Source: Chrysomallon squamiferum
Taxonomy: Eukaryota > Animalia > Mollusca
DNA length: 64,000 bases
Reading direction: 5' to 3'
NCBI GenBank assembly: GCA_012295275.1
Contig: CM022672.1
Coordinates: forward strand, 18,972,001-19,036,000
The first letter of the stretch is position 1. Each line of letters begins with the position of its first letter. A model generated the notes under the pieces. It saw nothing but the letters and a program-made list of their open reading frames with translations, ran no database searches and had not been told where the DNA came from. Positions 13,099 to 25,119 of this stretch are shown here, in pieces. The position numbers and the translations under genes are program-made.

Positions 13099-13342
13099 CG
13101 TGAGAAGGAAAATGAAATAAAAAATTAATTTAAAAAATCAGCAGGTAAAAACTTAGCCGATGTGGAACGGAGCCGCATGCACCACCCCCTGGGTCCGGTT
13201 ATGAAAAAAAAAAAGCATTAATTTTTAAAAACAATATTTTTTTTTTTTTTTATAGACAGTTTTGGATAATTGTTTAATGACGCCCCTATGTACTTGTCCA
13301 ACATTCTACAGTAAACTGCAGGAGTTAGTTTTGTTACATCTC

Positions 13343-13389
<47 letters not shown>

Positions 13390-13539
13390 TTTAAAAAAAA
13401 AGAAGAAAAGAATTGAAGAAAAAAAAGAAAGAAAGAAAGATGATGAATAAGAGTTGTTAATAATGTGATAACTGCTCATTAATTTAACTTCTAAATTACT
13501 ATCATTTCTATTGCATTTTATTTAAAAACGAAAAAAAAA

Positions 13540-14350
13540 AGTGTCTAATTCCACTTAATTTGATCATTAATGTTGCTGTAACAACAAACAGGTACAATTA
13601 TCTCATTAAATATCGGCGAATTAAGGAACAGCGAAACTGATGACCAAATTAGATTAAAAATGGCGCAGTGTCTACTTCCGGTGTTTATAAATATGATCCC
13701 AATCAATCCAAATAAAGAAGAATAAATAGTGCTCGTAATAGAAGGTTTCCAACACACATGCAAACGAAAGACAATTTATCCCGGGGCCAAATGCCCCGCG
13801 TTAATCAAAATCTCGCGTTTTCTCGCGTGAGCGGCCCTATTTAGCTAGCCATTAGATCAATTAAGGATTTGATAAGAATTGTAATGACGATTTAAGCAGA
13901 CCAATTAAATGCTAGCTAGCATTTTCGCTGTTTTGCTATCCGGTAATTTGATCAAAATGGGATAATGAAATCTTGCGTGTCACGCAAGGCGACCCGTGAT
14001 ACTGGGTCTAACGCTGTAATTCGTTTTGGCAAAATTGAAGTAAATTGGTCCGATCAGGCTCGAATGACGTGCCACTGTCCCGTACGGAATCGTCCGAGAT
14101 TTGTTTGCCGGGAATGGAGTGTATTTTGTCTGATGGTAGTGATCAGCTAAACGGAGAATTTGGAATAGATTGCTCTACGATGAAACTAATAAAATACGTC
14201 CTCTGCAAACGTGTAAGTCACGGCGTCTATTAATGTCACAACGTAAATATCACCTTTCAGTTACAAAATGGATAACGGTCGATTAGACGAAAAGTGTTTT
14301 GTGGCCGCACGAACTCTTGGTTTTTCAAAACACGACATCTGTATCGGCTT
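13540..14350. promoter_or_regulatory. Candidate distal cis-regulatory module
   Basis: Non-repetitive CpG-rich island with many TAAT/CAATTA cores and an 18-bp perfect palindrome; no credible ORF. Function is inferred. Confidence 0.45.
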
Positions 14351-14407
14351 ATGAAAAATAACTGATACTGAAATGAAAAAAAAAAAATAAAATAAAAATA
14401 AAAATAA

Positions 14408-14439
<32 letters not shown>

Positions 14440-14569
14440 TAATAAAAACACAACATATATGTCAGTGAGGAGTTAATTCAGTCTTGAAAACATTTCAATG
14501 ATTAAACAGAACAAAAAATTACATAAAAATAAAACATGCCAGTCAGAACGTTTGTTTTTTCTAACAGAG

Positions 14570-14782
14570 CAGTGATTGTCAACCTGGGCGGTAGCTCTTC
14601 CTTACCACACTTTGAGAACACTGGGTGACAGTAAATGCTGTATATTTATAAGCTATAATTGCTTACAACTACACCACATAATTCGTAGTTCTTCCATCAT
14701 AATATAAAATTTAACCTAGGTGCCCCAGTCTTATAAATTATTTCAAATGGGACGGTGAAAAATAAAAGGTTAGGGACCACTG
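14570..14782. mobile_element. Non-autonomous hAT (Charlie-like) MITE, 213 bp
   Basis: Imperfect TIRs CAGTGATTGTCAACCT ... AGGTTAGGGACCACTG, flanked by degenerate 8-bp TSD TAACAGAG / TAATAGAC (6/8 match). Confidence 0.7.
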
Positions 14783-15157
14783 TAATAGACAAAGCGTAAA
14801 TCTGCCATTTTGTTTCACCATAACGACATTGACGTGACGTAAACACATTTCATTTGACAAAAAGTGGTTTTACTCCCAACTTCAGATAATAAATTTTATT
14901 ATATACATACGTTTATTGATAGGCTACTTATTAATGCTATGAATATTCATGAACATGTAACTATACCGTTTGCCACGATAATAGCAAAACGACGTAGATA
15001 TAAGCAAAATGGCCGTGACGCTTTGCAAACTGGGATAGGTAAAACGAACGCAACGTCGGTGAAAATAAATAATTAAAATAATCGAAAAGAAAAATGTAAT
15101 ATTACATAGATGTCATTTACAGTCTTGTATCTCGTTCATTCTTTGCATGATTCGTGG

Positions 15158-15352
15158 TTCTCAGTAACCATAAGATTCTCTGAATGTAATCTGATTCACA
15201 GTTACAATCCTAACAAAGTTACAATCCTGAATTTCTGTCACAATGTTCAGCTTTGATTCTCGGTCACAACACTGAGCAGTCACAATTTTTGTTTTCAGTC
15301 ACATGCCTGACTCAGCTGTCGTCCTGAATTACAGCGACAATCTTGATTCTTG
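15158..15352. repeat. Degenerate ~20-bp minisatellite (consensus approx. ctgattctcagtcacaatc)
   Basis: Recurrent gattctc / gtcacaa / gttacaatcct variants at about 20-nt spacing. Confidence 0.6.
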
Positions 15353-16165
15353 TCTAAGATTTTCTTTCCGAATCGTGAACTTTTTACTTGATAGTTTTAA
15401 ATCCACCAGAAATGCGTCTAGGCCATGATCATGATAATTTATTGAAGACATTTATTATTCTCTTCCTTCGACAATTTTTTTTTTCCTTTTCTTTAAAAAA
15501 CAAAACAAAACAAAAACAACTATTTTTCGTTTGAATCGGTTTATACAAATATTTGAACGTAACAGAAAACTGCCTCATCAATAAAATACCTTATTTTGAA
15601 TCATGCACCTAAAAACCCACCAGTAGTGAAAAAAACACGTTTATACCTATACATTACCTTTTCCATCCTCCGTTATGTTTGCTTATTACTGCAAAACTCT
15701 AATGGAAACAGACTCTGCAAATGTAAAATTTCAAAAACAGTGGTCAAACTGAATATTTCTTCACTGATTTATTGGTGTATTTCAGTGTAAATAGTCTGTA
15801 AGCAACGACTATAAAACTTTTTTTTTTTTGTAACCTTCAAATTAAATGTGTCTGTGTCTGTAGTCCAGCCATGTTTGCATACATCATTTTCATTAACAAC
15901 TACGAATGTAACTAATATCGTAGTGTATTGATATAACCAAGTCTAATGTCAAACAGACCGCCTGTCCCGTCCTCTTTATGATAAATATTATTACCGTGTC
16001 TTTGGAAATGCTTAGTGGCGTTATAATGATGAATTGAAGTTAACGAAGCAAATTTACGGAGTCTACCGAAGTTAAATATTATCACAAAAACAGACAGCAT
16101 TGGAAGAATATTAAGGTTTGGTTTTTCGGCTTGTTATTATTATTTTATTAAACACTGTAATATAA

Positions 16166-16287
<122 letters not shown>

Positions 16288-16831
16288 TGGCACCTGTGTG
16301 TGCGTGCGCGTGCGTATATGTCTAAGTAAATATATATCTGTCTGTATGTGTGTCCATCCATCCATCCATTTATCTATTTCTGTGTTTATATTCATGTAAG
16401 TATACATACATACAAACAAATAAACACCAAAAAATACTATGTACTTGAAGTTTCTTAACTGCTGATATAAAATCTAGAATGTTATTCTAATCTCGGAGAA
16501 TCTTTTTTGCTAATATACAGAAATAAAATGTTACCTCAGATGAATATTTTGGTATCTGCTGTAACTATCTTTGTAACAGATTCATTAAGGATTCTCTACG
16601 TTAACGTAGATTATGATATCCAAATTAATTTATTATGTATGGTAAAACAATGCTACTGTTTGTTAGATGATGATTTTGTACTGAATTAGAAATCTGAAAC
16701 CGATCTGTCTTTTGAAGATAATACATTTAAAAAACAAACAAAAACAACAACAACAACTGTTTAACCCTGTCTGTCTGTCTGTCTATCTAGCTGTCTGTCT
16801 GTCTCTTATTATCTTTCTTTCTATCTGTATA

Positions 16832-16833
<2 letters not shown>

Positions 16834-16916
<83 letters not shown>
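16834..16916. repeat. (ATCT)n microsatellite
   Basis: Read directly. Confidence 0.95.
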
Positions 16917-16917
<1 letters not shown>

Positions 16918-17546
16918 ACTAACTAATTATACACCTATCTCTGTTTATATGTAAATATATATCTCTGTCTGTCTCTCTGACTATCAGTCTGTCTGACTGT
17001 CTGTGAACTGTTATCTGTTTATTTCTATATATGAACTTTTCTCTTTCTTTTCCATTTTATTATCTGTAATAAAATATAGAATTCAAAACAGTTTAATTTC
17101 GTATGATGAATAGTTTAACATCTTGAATATCCGAATTTCAATTAAAAGTTATAATTATTCTTTAATTAGCACCATATAAATGTCAGAATGTGTTCTCTAC
17201 TTTTATATATCAGTGGTGCACTGTTTGAAAATACAGCAAGAACAAATATTTGGGATATTGTATTTCTGTAACTGTAACAATTTATGAGATAAACAATAAT
17301 CTTCCGTGTCTAAAGGGAAAGTATTTAGGCTGACATTTATAAAAGTAATGAAACATATATCTGGAAAAATAAACCTGCTATATATATATATAAATGTATA
17401 TACTTTTACTTTACTTTACTTTAAAAAACTGACAAAGAAAGCTGAGTACAGTTCGAAGGGTTGACTTGGTGTGCGGTTTGGGGTTAAGCAGTTTAATCGT
17501 ATTTTACTGAAAACATATATATATACACACACAATACATCACATAC

Positions 17547-17577
<31 letters not shown>

Positions 17578-18010
17578 CACACACACACACAGTGCCACAA
17601 ATTTACGTATGTATGTGCATACAGATGTACTTATATACGAAAGTATGTATGTTTGTCTGTATTTATATGTGTGTGTGCGTGTATATTAATGTATTATGTA
17701 TGTAAATGTGTGTGTGTTTGTGTATATATACGTACGTCCGTACGTATGTATGTATATCTGTACAATTTTGAGTAATGTACTTCTCAGTTCAGTAGCTATT
17801 TAATTTAAAAAGTAAACTAAAGTTATATAAATATTTATCTTAAAAGGTATAAAATTTGATAAGACAAACATCAGTTCCTATTCCCTTTTTGCAAATGAAT
17901 TTTTCTGCACATTGTTAAATATTTGTTTTGGGGTGTTCGATTTAAATAACTGAGTAATATAAGTTATTATATTTTGCTTGGGAGACTGCGCATTTATGTG
18001 AATGATATAA

Positions 18011-18047
<37 letters not shown>

Positions 18048-18364
18048 CGTGTGTGTGTGTGTGTGTGTGTATCTATGAAAAATAATAATAATGACATCAA
18101 AAAGTATTGTAATAAATAATATTTAAAACAATGAAGATGATAACTACAATAAGAATGATGATAAAAAAGATTCAACTAACGATATAAAAATAATAATTAT
18201 TACTATATTTGTCAAAAAATAGCTGTTTAATATAAAGAAATGTAAAACTGTCTTCAAGACATAATTAATAATCTAAATGACAAAAAATAAATTTCATTTT
18301 AAAAACTACTAATAATATTACATTACTTGTTAAAATTATTTAAAATCTTCTTCTTCTTCTTCTT

Positions 18365-18395
<31 letters not shown>

Positions 18396-19608
18396 TTATT
18401 ATTATTTGAAAAAAAAAAAAAAAAAAAAAAAAAGACTTAAAATAAAAAGTATTTATTTTTAAATGTGTAATTTCCGGGGTTGTTTTATAGTGATTAATTG
18501 AAGAATAATTCTTAGACGATTGTTCTATTTTAACATTTATTTGACGTATTTGTGTATAATTTTCATATTTCAAAACAAATTAATTAATTGTGAATAAATT
18601 TATATTTGTAAATGGAAATATTTCTTTAAGATGCAAAAGATTTAATTTATTTATCACAGCGGTATATAATTATTTAATGTCAGTATCACAAAATGTTTGT
18701 CTTCAGAATTCGTTGCTTTAATTGTGGATGTTCTTTGTTTTGCATATCGTTCTTTACATATATGTTTATATATAAAAAAAATTCCGCTGTACCAATTCAA
18801 TTAAGATATACCACGTAATAAACTGAATACATGTATTAGATCAAAAATATTTATTTCATAACTGTATCGTTTAATATATTATAAATTACATTCGGCTTAC
18901 TATTATTAAACAGGGGTATCAATTCTTAAATATGACTTTTCGTAACTGTATATTCTTAGAAATAATTATATTACGAATAAAAAATTATAAAATTCTTAGA
19001 AATATATGTACTAAAGAAAACAAATTCTCATAGTATTACTAATTATAAAATTAATTTGATATTATACTAATTGATTTTTTTCTATATTGTATAATTAATA
19101 TTATTTTATTTCAGTAAGAAAAAAAAAATCGGAAAAAATTTCAACAAAATCCGAGTAAGAACCACGGAACTAGGATCCTGTACATGAACTTTAAGTTATC
19201 AGAAATGAAAGGGAAACGTAGATATTTTATCTAAAAATTCTCTCTAATTCACTATTAACAAAACCCTATAAACCCAATCCAGTCTTCTAAAAAATAATTA
19301 AAGAACCCTTTTCAAATTAAAAAATATATATAAAAAATTATATTATACTTCCCAAAATAAAAGTTAATATTAACACCAAATTTAAAATACACACAAACGA
19401 TTTGTTTATTAGAACTTTGCATTATAAACCTGTGCATGTTCTTACATACGCTTGAACGATAATCGAGTATTCATAGAAATAAATCGTCTTTTAGCATAAT
19501 TATTTAAAAGAAATATCTTAAAATGTCTGTTTCAGAAACGATCATAAATAAAATTATACATCAGTTTTAGAAAAGATAACAAAATGAATATAATCATTAT
19601 CATTATTG

Positions 19609-19706
<98 letters not shown>

Positions 19707-20436
19707 TTTAAAGTTTATTTCTCAAAGTTTCAAGGTTTCTTAGAAATAAATTTGTCGGAATTTTGCACAGAAGTATCATAATATGTTAAATATTTTATTA
19801 TGAAGTTTTATTTTGTTTTTAAGACATAACAATATAGTTAGTGCATGCAAGTAAATAAGAAAACCTTTCATTAAACCCTGATTTTTAAAATCAAAATCAT
19901 CTTTTTTTATTTAATATAATCACGATTAAATTATCAGAAATATATATATATATATATTTTAAAAAAACCCCCGTTAGAAATGACTTCATTATTCAAATAT
20001 GCTTCACATATCTACATCGTATATTTAACATTTTAAAATTTTGCATTATATTTTAATATATATATATATATATAGTCAATTAAAATATTTATGCTAAATC
20101 ACTATTATTCTGTTCAATTATTTTTAACGTATTATATTTCATAAGAACATAATTATTAATATATTTTTTTCACATTATTATTTTCCAGTAGTTCGCTTTA
20201 TGCATTAATATTTAATATTTCAAACTTAACTACATTGAAATCTGTCAAATAATTATTTTAAATTCGCAATTAAGTTATTACGTTTTCATAAACCTTGACA
20301 CAGCAATAAACTGAAATAAAGATCAAAGGACATTTTTAATTAAATCATATTGTGGATTATACGATTTCAGCCTACAATATATATATGTATATTTCATAAG
20401 AATTAAATGTCAAACAGTTTAGTGTGTATGTCTATA

Positions 20437-20497
<61 letters not shown>

Positions 20498-21472
20498 ATA
20501 TACATTATGTATATATGTATGTATGTATGTTTATGAGTATGTTTATGTATATGTGTTCGTATATGCATACATTTATGTATATGTGTATTTATATGTATGT
20601 GAATGTGTGTATGCATATGTATATATGTAACTGCATGTATGTATATTTGCATGTATATTATATGTACATATGAGTGTGTTTGTATTTGTATATGTATTTG
20701 TATATATATATATATATGTATTTTGTGTGTGTGTGTATATATATGTATGTGTATGTATGTATGTATGTATGCTTGTATGTGCTAGTTCTTTGTGGAGAAA
20801 TGCAGCTTTACATAGCAAAACAGGCAGACGTATCATACATGTCTCATATTTTAAAACTATTTTTTACTGACGAACACGTGTGCGGAAAACATTATAAAAT
20901 GAAAGAAGATAAATCGTGTAAATTAACAGAGTTTTTAAAAAAAATTATTTTTAACATTCGGAATATATATATTTACAAACATTCGTGTCAGCTCTTCACT
21001 TCTGAACAATGATATATTCATTTTTAATTACGCTTGGGTTCGCAGAGTAACTGCAAAACATCATACTCCACTATTCATTAACGCATTTTACTGAAACATG
21101 AAAAAAAAAAAAAGGAATTCGTTCCACTTTCATACGTATATTAATAACACTCTGATACTATCAGCCATCTTAAGGCAGTGTGTGATTGCGTAGTTTAACT
21201 TTTGAACGTAGAGTTCTGCGGTATCACAGGAAGAATATTAAGATATGCAGGTCGTACGCACATTAAGTTTTAAATAGTCTATTAATTTTATCAGTAGATA
21301 ATTACTTTTGGCGACGTTGTAGAAAAAACCCTATAAGAACGTTACTCCTCTTCCATTAGCTTTTCACCATCATTAGGCATAATCTTTCGAGGCATCGAAT
21401 TTATGTTTATATTTATATCAGACTTTGGATATGCCTAAGTTTAAATTAAGTTTGCATTATATATATATAAAT

Positions 21473-21539
<67 letters not shown>

Positions 21540-22931
21540 ACATACACATAGATATACAGATACGTAGGTATAAATATATAATTTTAATCAGTCTAAACCA
21601 ATTGATAAACATTTTTCTTTACTGTCGAAGTTTCTCTGCTTATTAACCTCATATTACAAGGAATGATTCTTTAATAAATATCGTATTTTGGTGCGAGTAC
21701 CACAGGTTTACCATACATTATAAAGTTTATAATTTTTGTTTTAAAGTATAGAATCTTTTCAGAGTCTTCTAATTTTTGAAAACTCTCATACTGACTATAA
21801 TAGTTATATCAAAACTGAGTAAACCAGATGACATTTCGTTTCAGTTAAAGATCAACTGAAAAAAAAAAAAAAATGGCACTTTGCTTTTTAAAATAAACCA
21901 GATATTGTTTTAGCGCCTTCTTCTGTATTTTTTGTTTCTTTATTTTACTGAATTTTTAATTATAACATAATTTATAACTGATATGATATTATATCTACAT
22001 CACCTCTTCCAGTTACTTCATTCCACTGAAACAAATGTCTTTATCACGATGTAAACTGTTTCTTCCACTTACATAAACCAAAACACGTGAAAGTAGGCAT
22101 GAACAGAGTGTTCAGTAATTAATACAGTAAGCAAAATTACGCAAATTATCTCTAAGTGAACAGCATTATATCTCTAAAATATTGATCTACGTTATTTAGA
22201 TAAATTTCAAATAATAAGAGTCATAAATATTTACCCTGTCGAACTCCAATACAACGTAATAAATATTTCGATCTTATTTCTTTTAAAAATAAATATTTTA
22301 CCATATAAATTCTACAAAATTTCAGATTAAATCAATAAACAATTATAATGTTTTTTGTCATATTAAAGTTTATAAAAAGTTTCTTAAAACCAATAAAAAC
22401 GTGTTTTTAAAATATGTTTCTGAAAATTAAATATTCAATTAATTTACTCAAAATCTCAGTATTCTTCTTCAGTTAAAAATATAATGCAGTCAAAATAAAA
22501 TATTCTTTCGTATTTAACTTCGGCTAAAAAAAAAAAAAAAAAAAAAAAACTCAAAAAATCATTCCAAATAATTTAATATTTATCATTTGCTTTTCTGATT
22601 ATTTGTATAAATTATTTTATGTTTTTACTTATTTCTGTGATTTGTATTTTTGTGTGATAATATCACTCATACATGTGACCTTTATATATATGTTTAACAT
22701 TAATTGCAACTTATGACAAAGTTAAAAACATTATAGTGTACTAGTATCAGATGTAGCATTAATATCTATTTCCGTATCATATTACTAACTAATATTATTC
22801 TCATCATAAAATTTACATTCACTATAATAAAAACAAGTACTGAATGTATTAAACAGATATAATCAATAACATTATTTATTCACAATCTGGTAAGTTATTC
22901 AAACTTCAGTAAAGTAAAGAGAGAGAGCACC

Positions 22932-22935
<4 letters not shown>

Positions 22936-23018
<83 letters not shown>
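22936..23018. repeat. (GA)n microsatellite
   Basis: Read directly. Confidence 0.95.
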
Positions 23019-23022
<4 letters not shown>

Positions 23023-23421
23023 GACAGAAGTACAAATGCACGGACCACCAGGCTGTAAAGCGTAGACAGATTTACACAAACAGACAGACAGATTTACACA
23101 AATAGACAGATAGAGTTACTCACAGAGATAAAGAGTGAGAGACAGGAATTCTATACATAAACAGATACTTACAACAAAATCATAAGTACGTACTGAAGTC
23201 CATCCATCAGTACATTCTAAGCTATGACTATACGTGTATTCGCTCACATATATACATACCTTCACACAAACATAGACACATACACACGCATGTATACATA
23301 CATATTTACCTATTAACCTATACATATACATACATTCGTATTCATACATACATACATATATACGTATATCCATACATATATATATACTACATAGATATAT
23401 GTACATACATATATACATACA

Positions 23422-23455
<34 letters not shown>

Positions 23456-23869
23456 AATATACATAGATACATATAGAGCTACTTACATATATGCATACGC
23501 AGAAAAATAACTTATGAAAAAAAAAAAAAAAAAAGGTTTTTATTATAAGTGATATAGTAACAGTTTTCCCGTTAGTACAAAATCATATATCAAACGTATT
23601 TATTTAACGTTATTTAGTTATTCGCATTAATTATTTTCTTTTAGTTAATTTTCATTTTGTTTAATTTCATTCTGTTTGTTTTATTTTTAAACCAGATTTT
23701 TAAAACATATTATCTCCCGTATTTTTTTTTTAGTATTTTTTTTTTTTTTTTTTAAACTCTTCTTTTTTTTTCACTTTAAATTATAAATTATGCCTAAAGA
23801 AAGAGAAACTCTTTATGTTGCATACAAATATTGTTTTAATTTGCATTTCCACCATAAAGAAAGCTTTTG

Positions 23870-24120
23870 AACGGAGGTCACAGACTTAAACCAATCAGTT
23901 TAGAAAGGTAATATCTTTGATGAGCTGTAAATAAGGCGCCAACGAGACGTCAGCGTGTCCAGTCTGTTCGGAAGCCGTGTGAAACGTCGTGCCGCAAGTC
24001 CATAAAAAGTGTCGCTCCTCCCACTCGGCGTTAGGAACGCCCATTCGAGTTTAAGAAAATATGGGCGGCGCGTGAGGCTCCAGCGGGTGATGCTAATTGC
24101 TTGTTTGGATGCATCCATTG
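23870..24120. promoter_or_regulatory. Candidate Wnt/BMP-responsive enhancer upstream of Msx
   Basis: GC-rich island with CTTTGAT (23915), GGCGCC (23935), AGAC (23945), GTCT (23962) and further GC-rich GCCG/GGCG elements. Confidence 0.4.
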
Positions 24121-24223
24121 TTTTTATTTTCGTAAGACTTCATTTCATTGTTCAGAATTTGTGTGTTAAGGGTAAGGAATAGTGAAGGTGTATGTAATTG
24201 TGTGTGTGTGTTGTTATGTGTAT

Positions 24224-24263
<40 letters not shown>

Positions 24264-25083
24264 ACGTAAAGTTTGGTATATTATAAATATAAAAATATGT
24301 AACATTAAATAAATAAATAAAAATAACTGAAAGAATGGTTAATACTATGTTAATTTTTAGTTTAAACTGTCACGCATTATATCAAAAATATTCCAGAAAG
24401 TTCCAGTAAGCATTTGATACATTTCCTGATAATCTTCAAAATAAATGAATGAATGAATAAATAAATAAATAAATAAATTAATTAATTAATTAGCAAGAAA
24501 AATTACATAAATTAAAAAATATATGGACCCTCACCACCAGGGGAAAAACAAAAATAATTTATATATAATACATATACATACATATATATAAATAATTAAA
24601 ATAATTAATAATTACGCAAACAAATCAATGAATTTAATAATTTTTTATTTTTTTTATTATTGTTGTCGTGTAACACATTTATATAAGTAAGGAATTATGC
24701 AATGCTTTATATTGTTAATTTAAAAGAATAAATAAGTAAAATAGTAATAAATAATATTAAATTAAAAATATAAATAGACCTATAACTAATAAGTGAAAAT
24801 CTTAATTTTACCAATATAATAAATAAATAAATAAATAAATAAATAAACAAACAAACATACAAACAAATAAACAATCAAACAAACAAACAAACAAACAAAC
24901 AAACAAACAAACAAACAAATAAATAAATAAAAAAAAAAAAAAATAATTAACCTAATAAATAACAATACATATAATTTTTATATCATCAAAGAATCAAATT
25001 CATTTCACATAAGCATGTACGCCAGCACAAACATAAGTAGAAAAAGAAAAACAACTCTCACAAGAAAACAAGAAAAGATAAAG

Positions 25084-25119
<36 letters not shown>

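Noticed and set aside
23935-23965. Canonical Mad/Medea/Schnurri element GRCGNC-N5-GTCT
   Set aside because: GGCGCC is present, but the required 5-nt spacing to GTCT is not met on either strand, here or at 36338.
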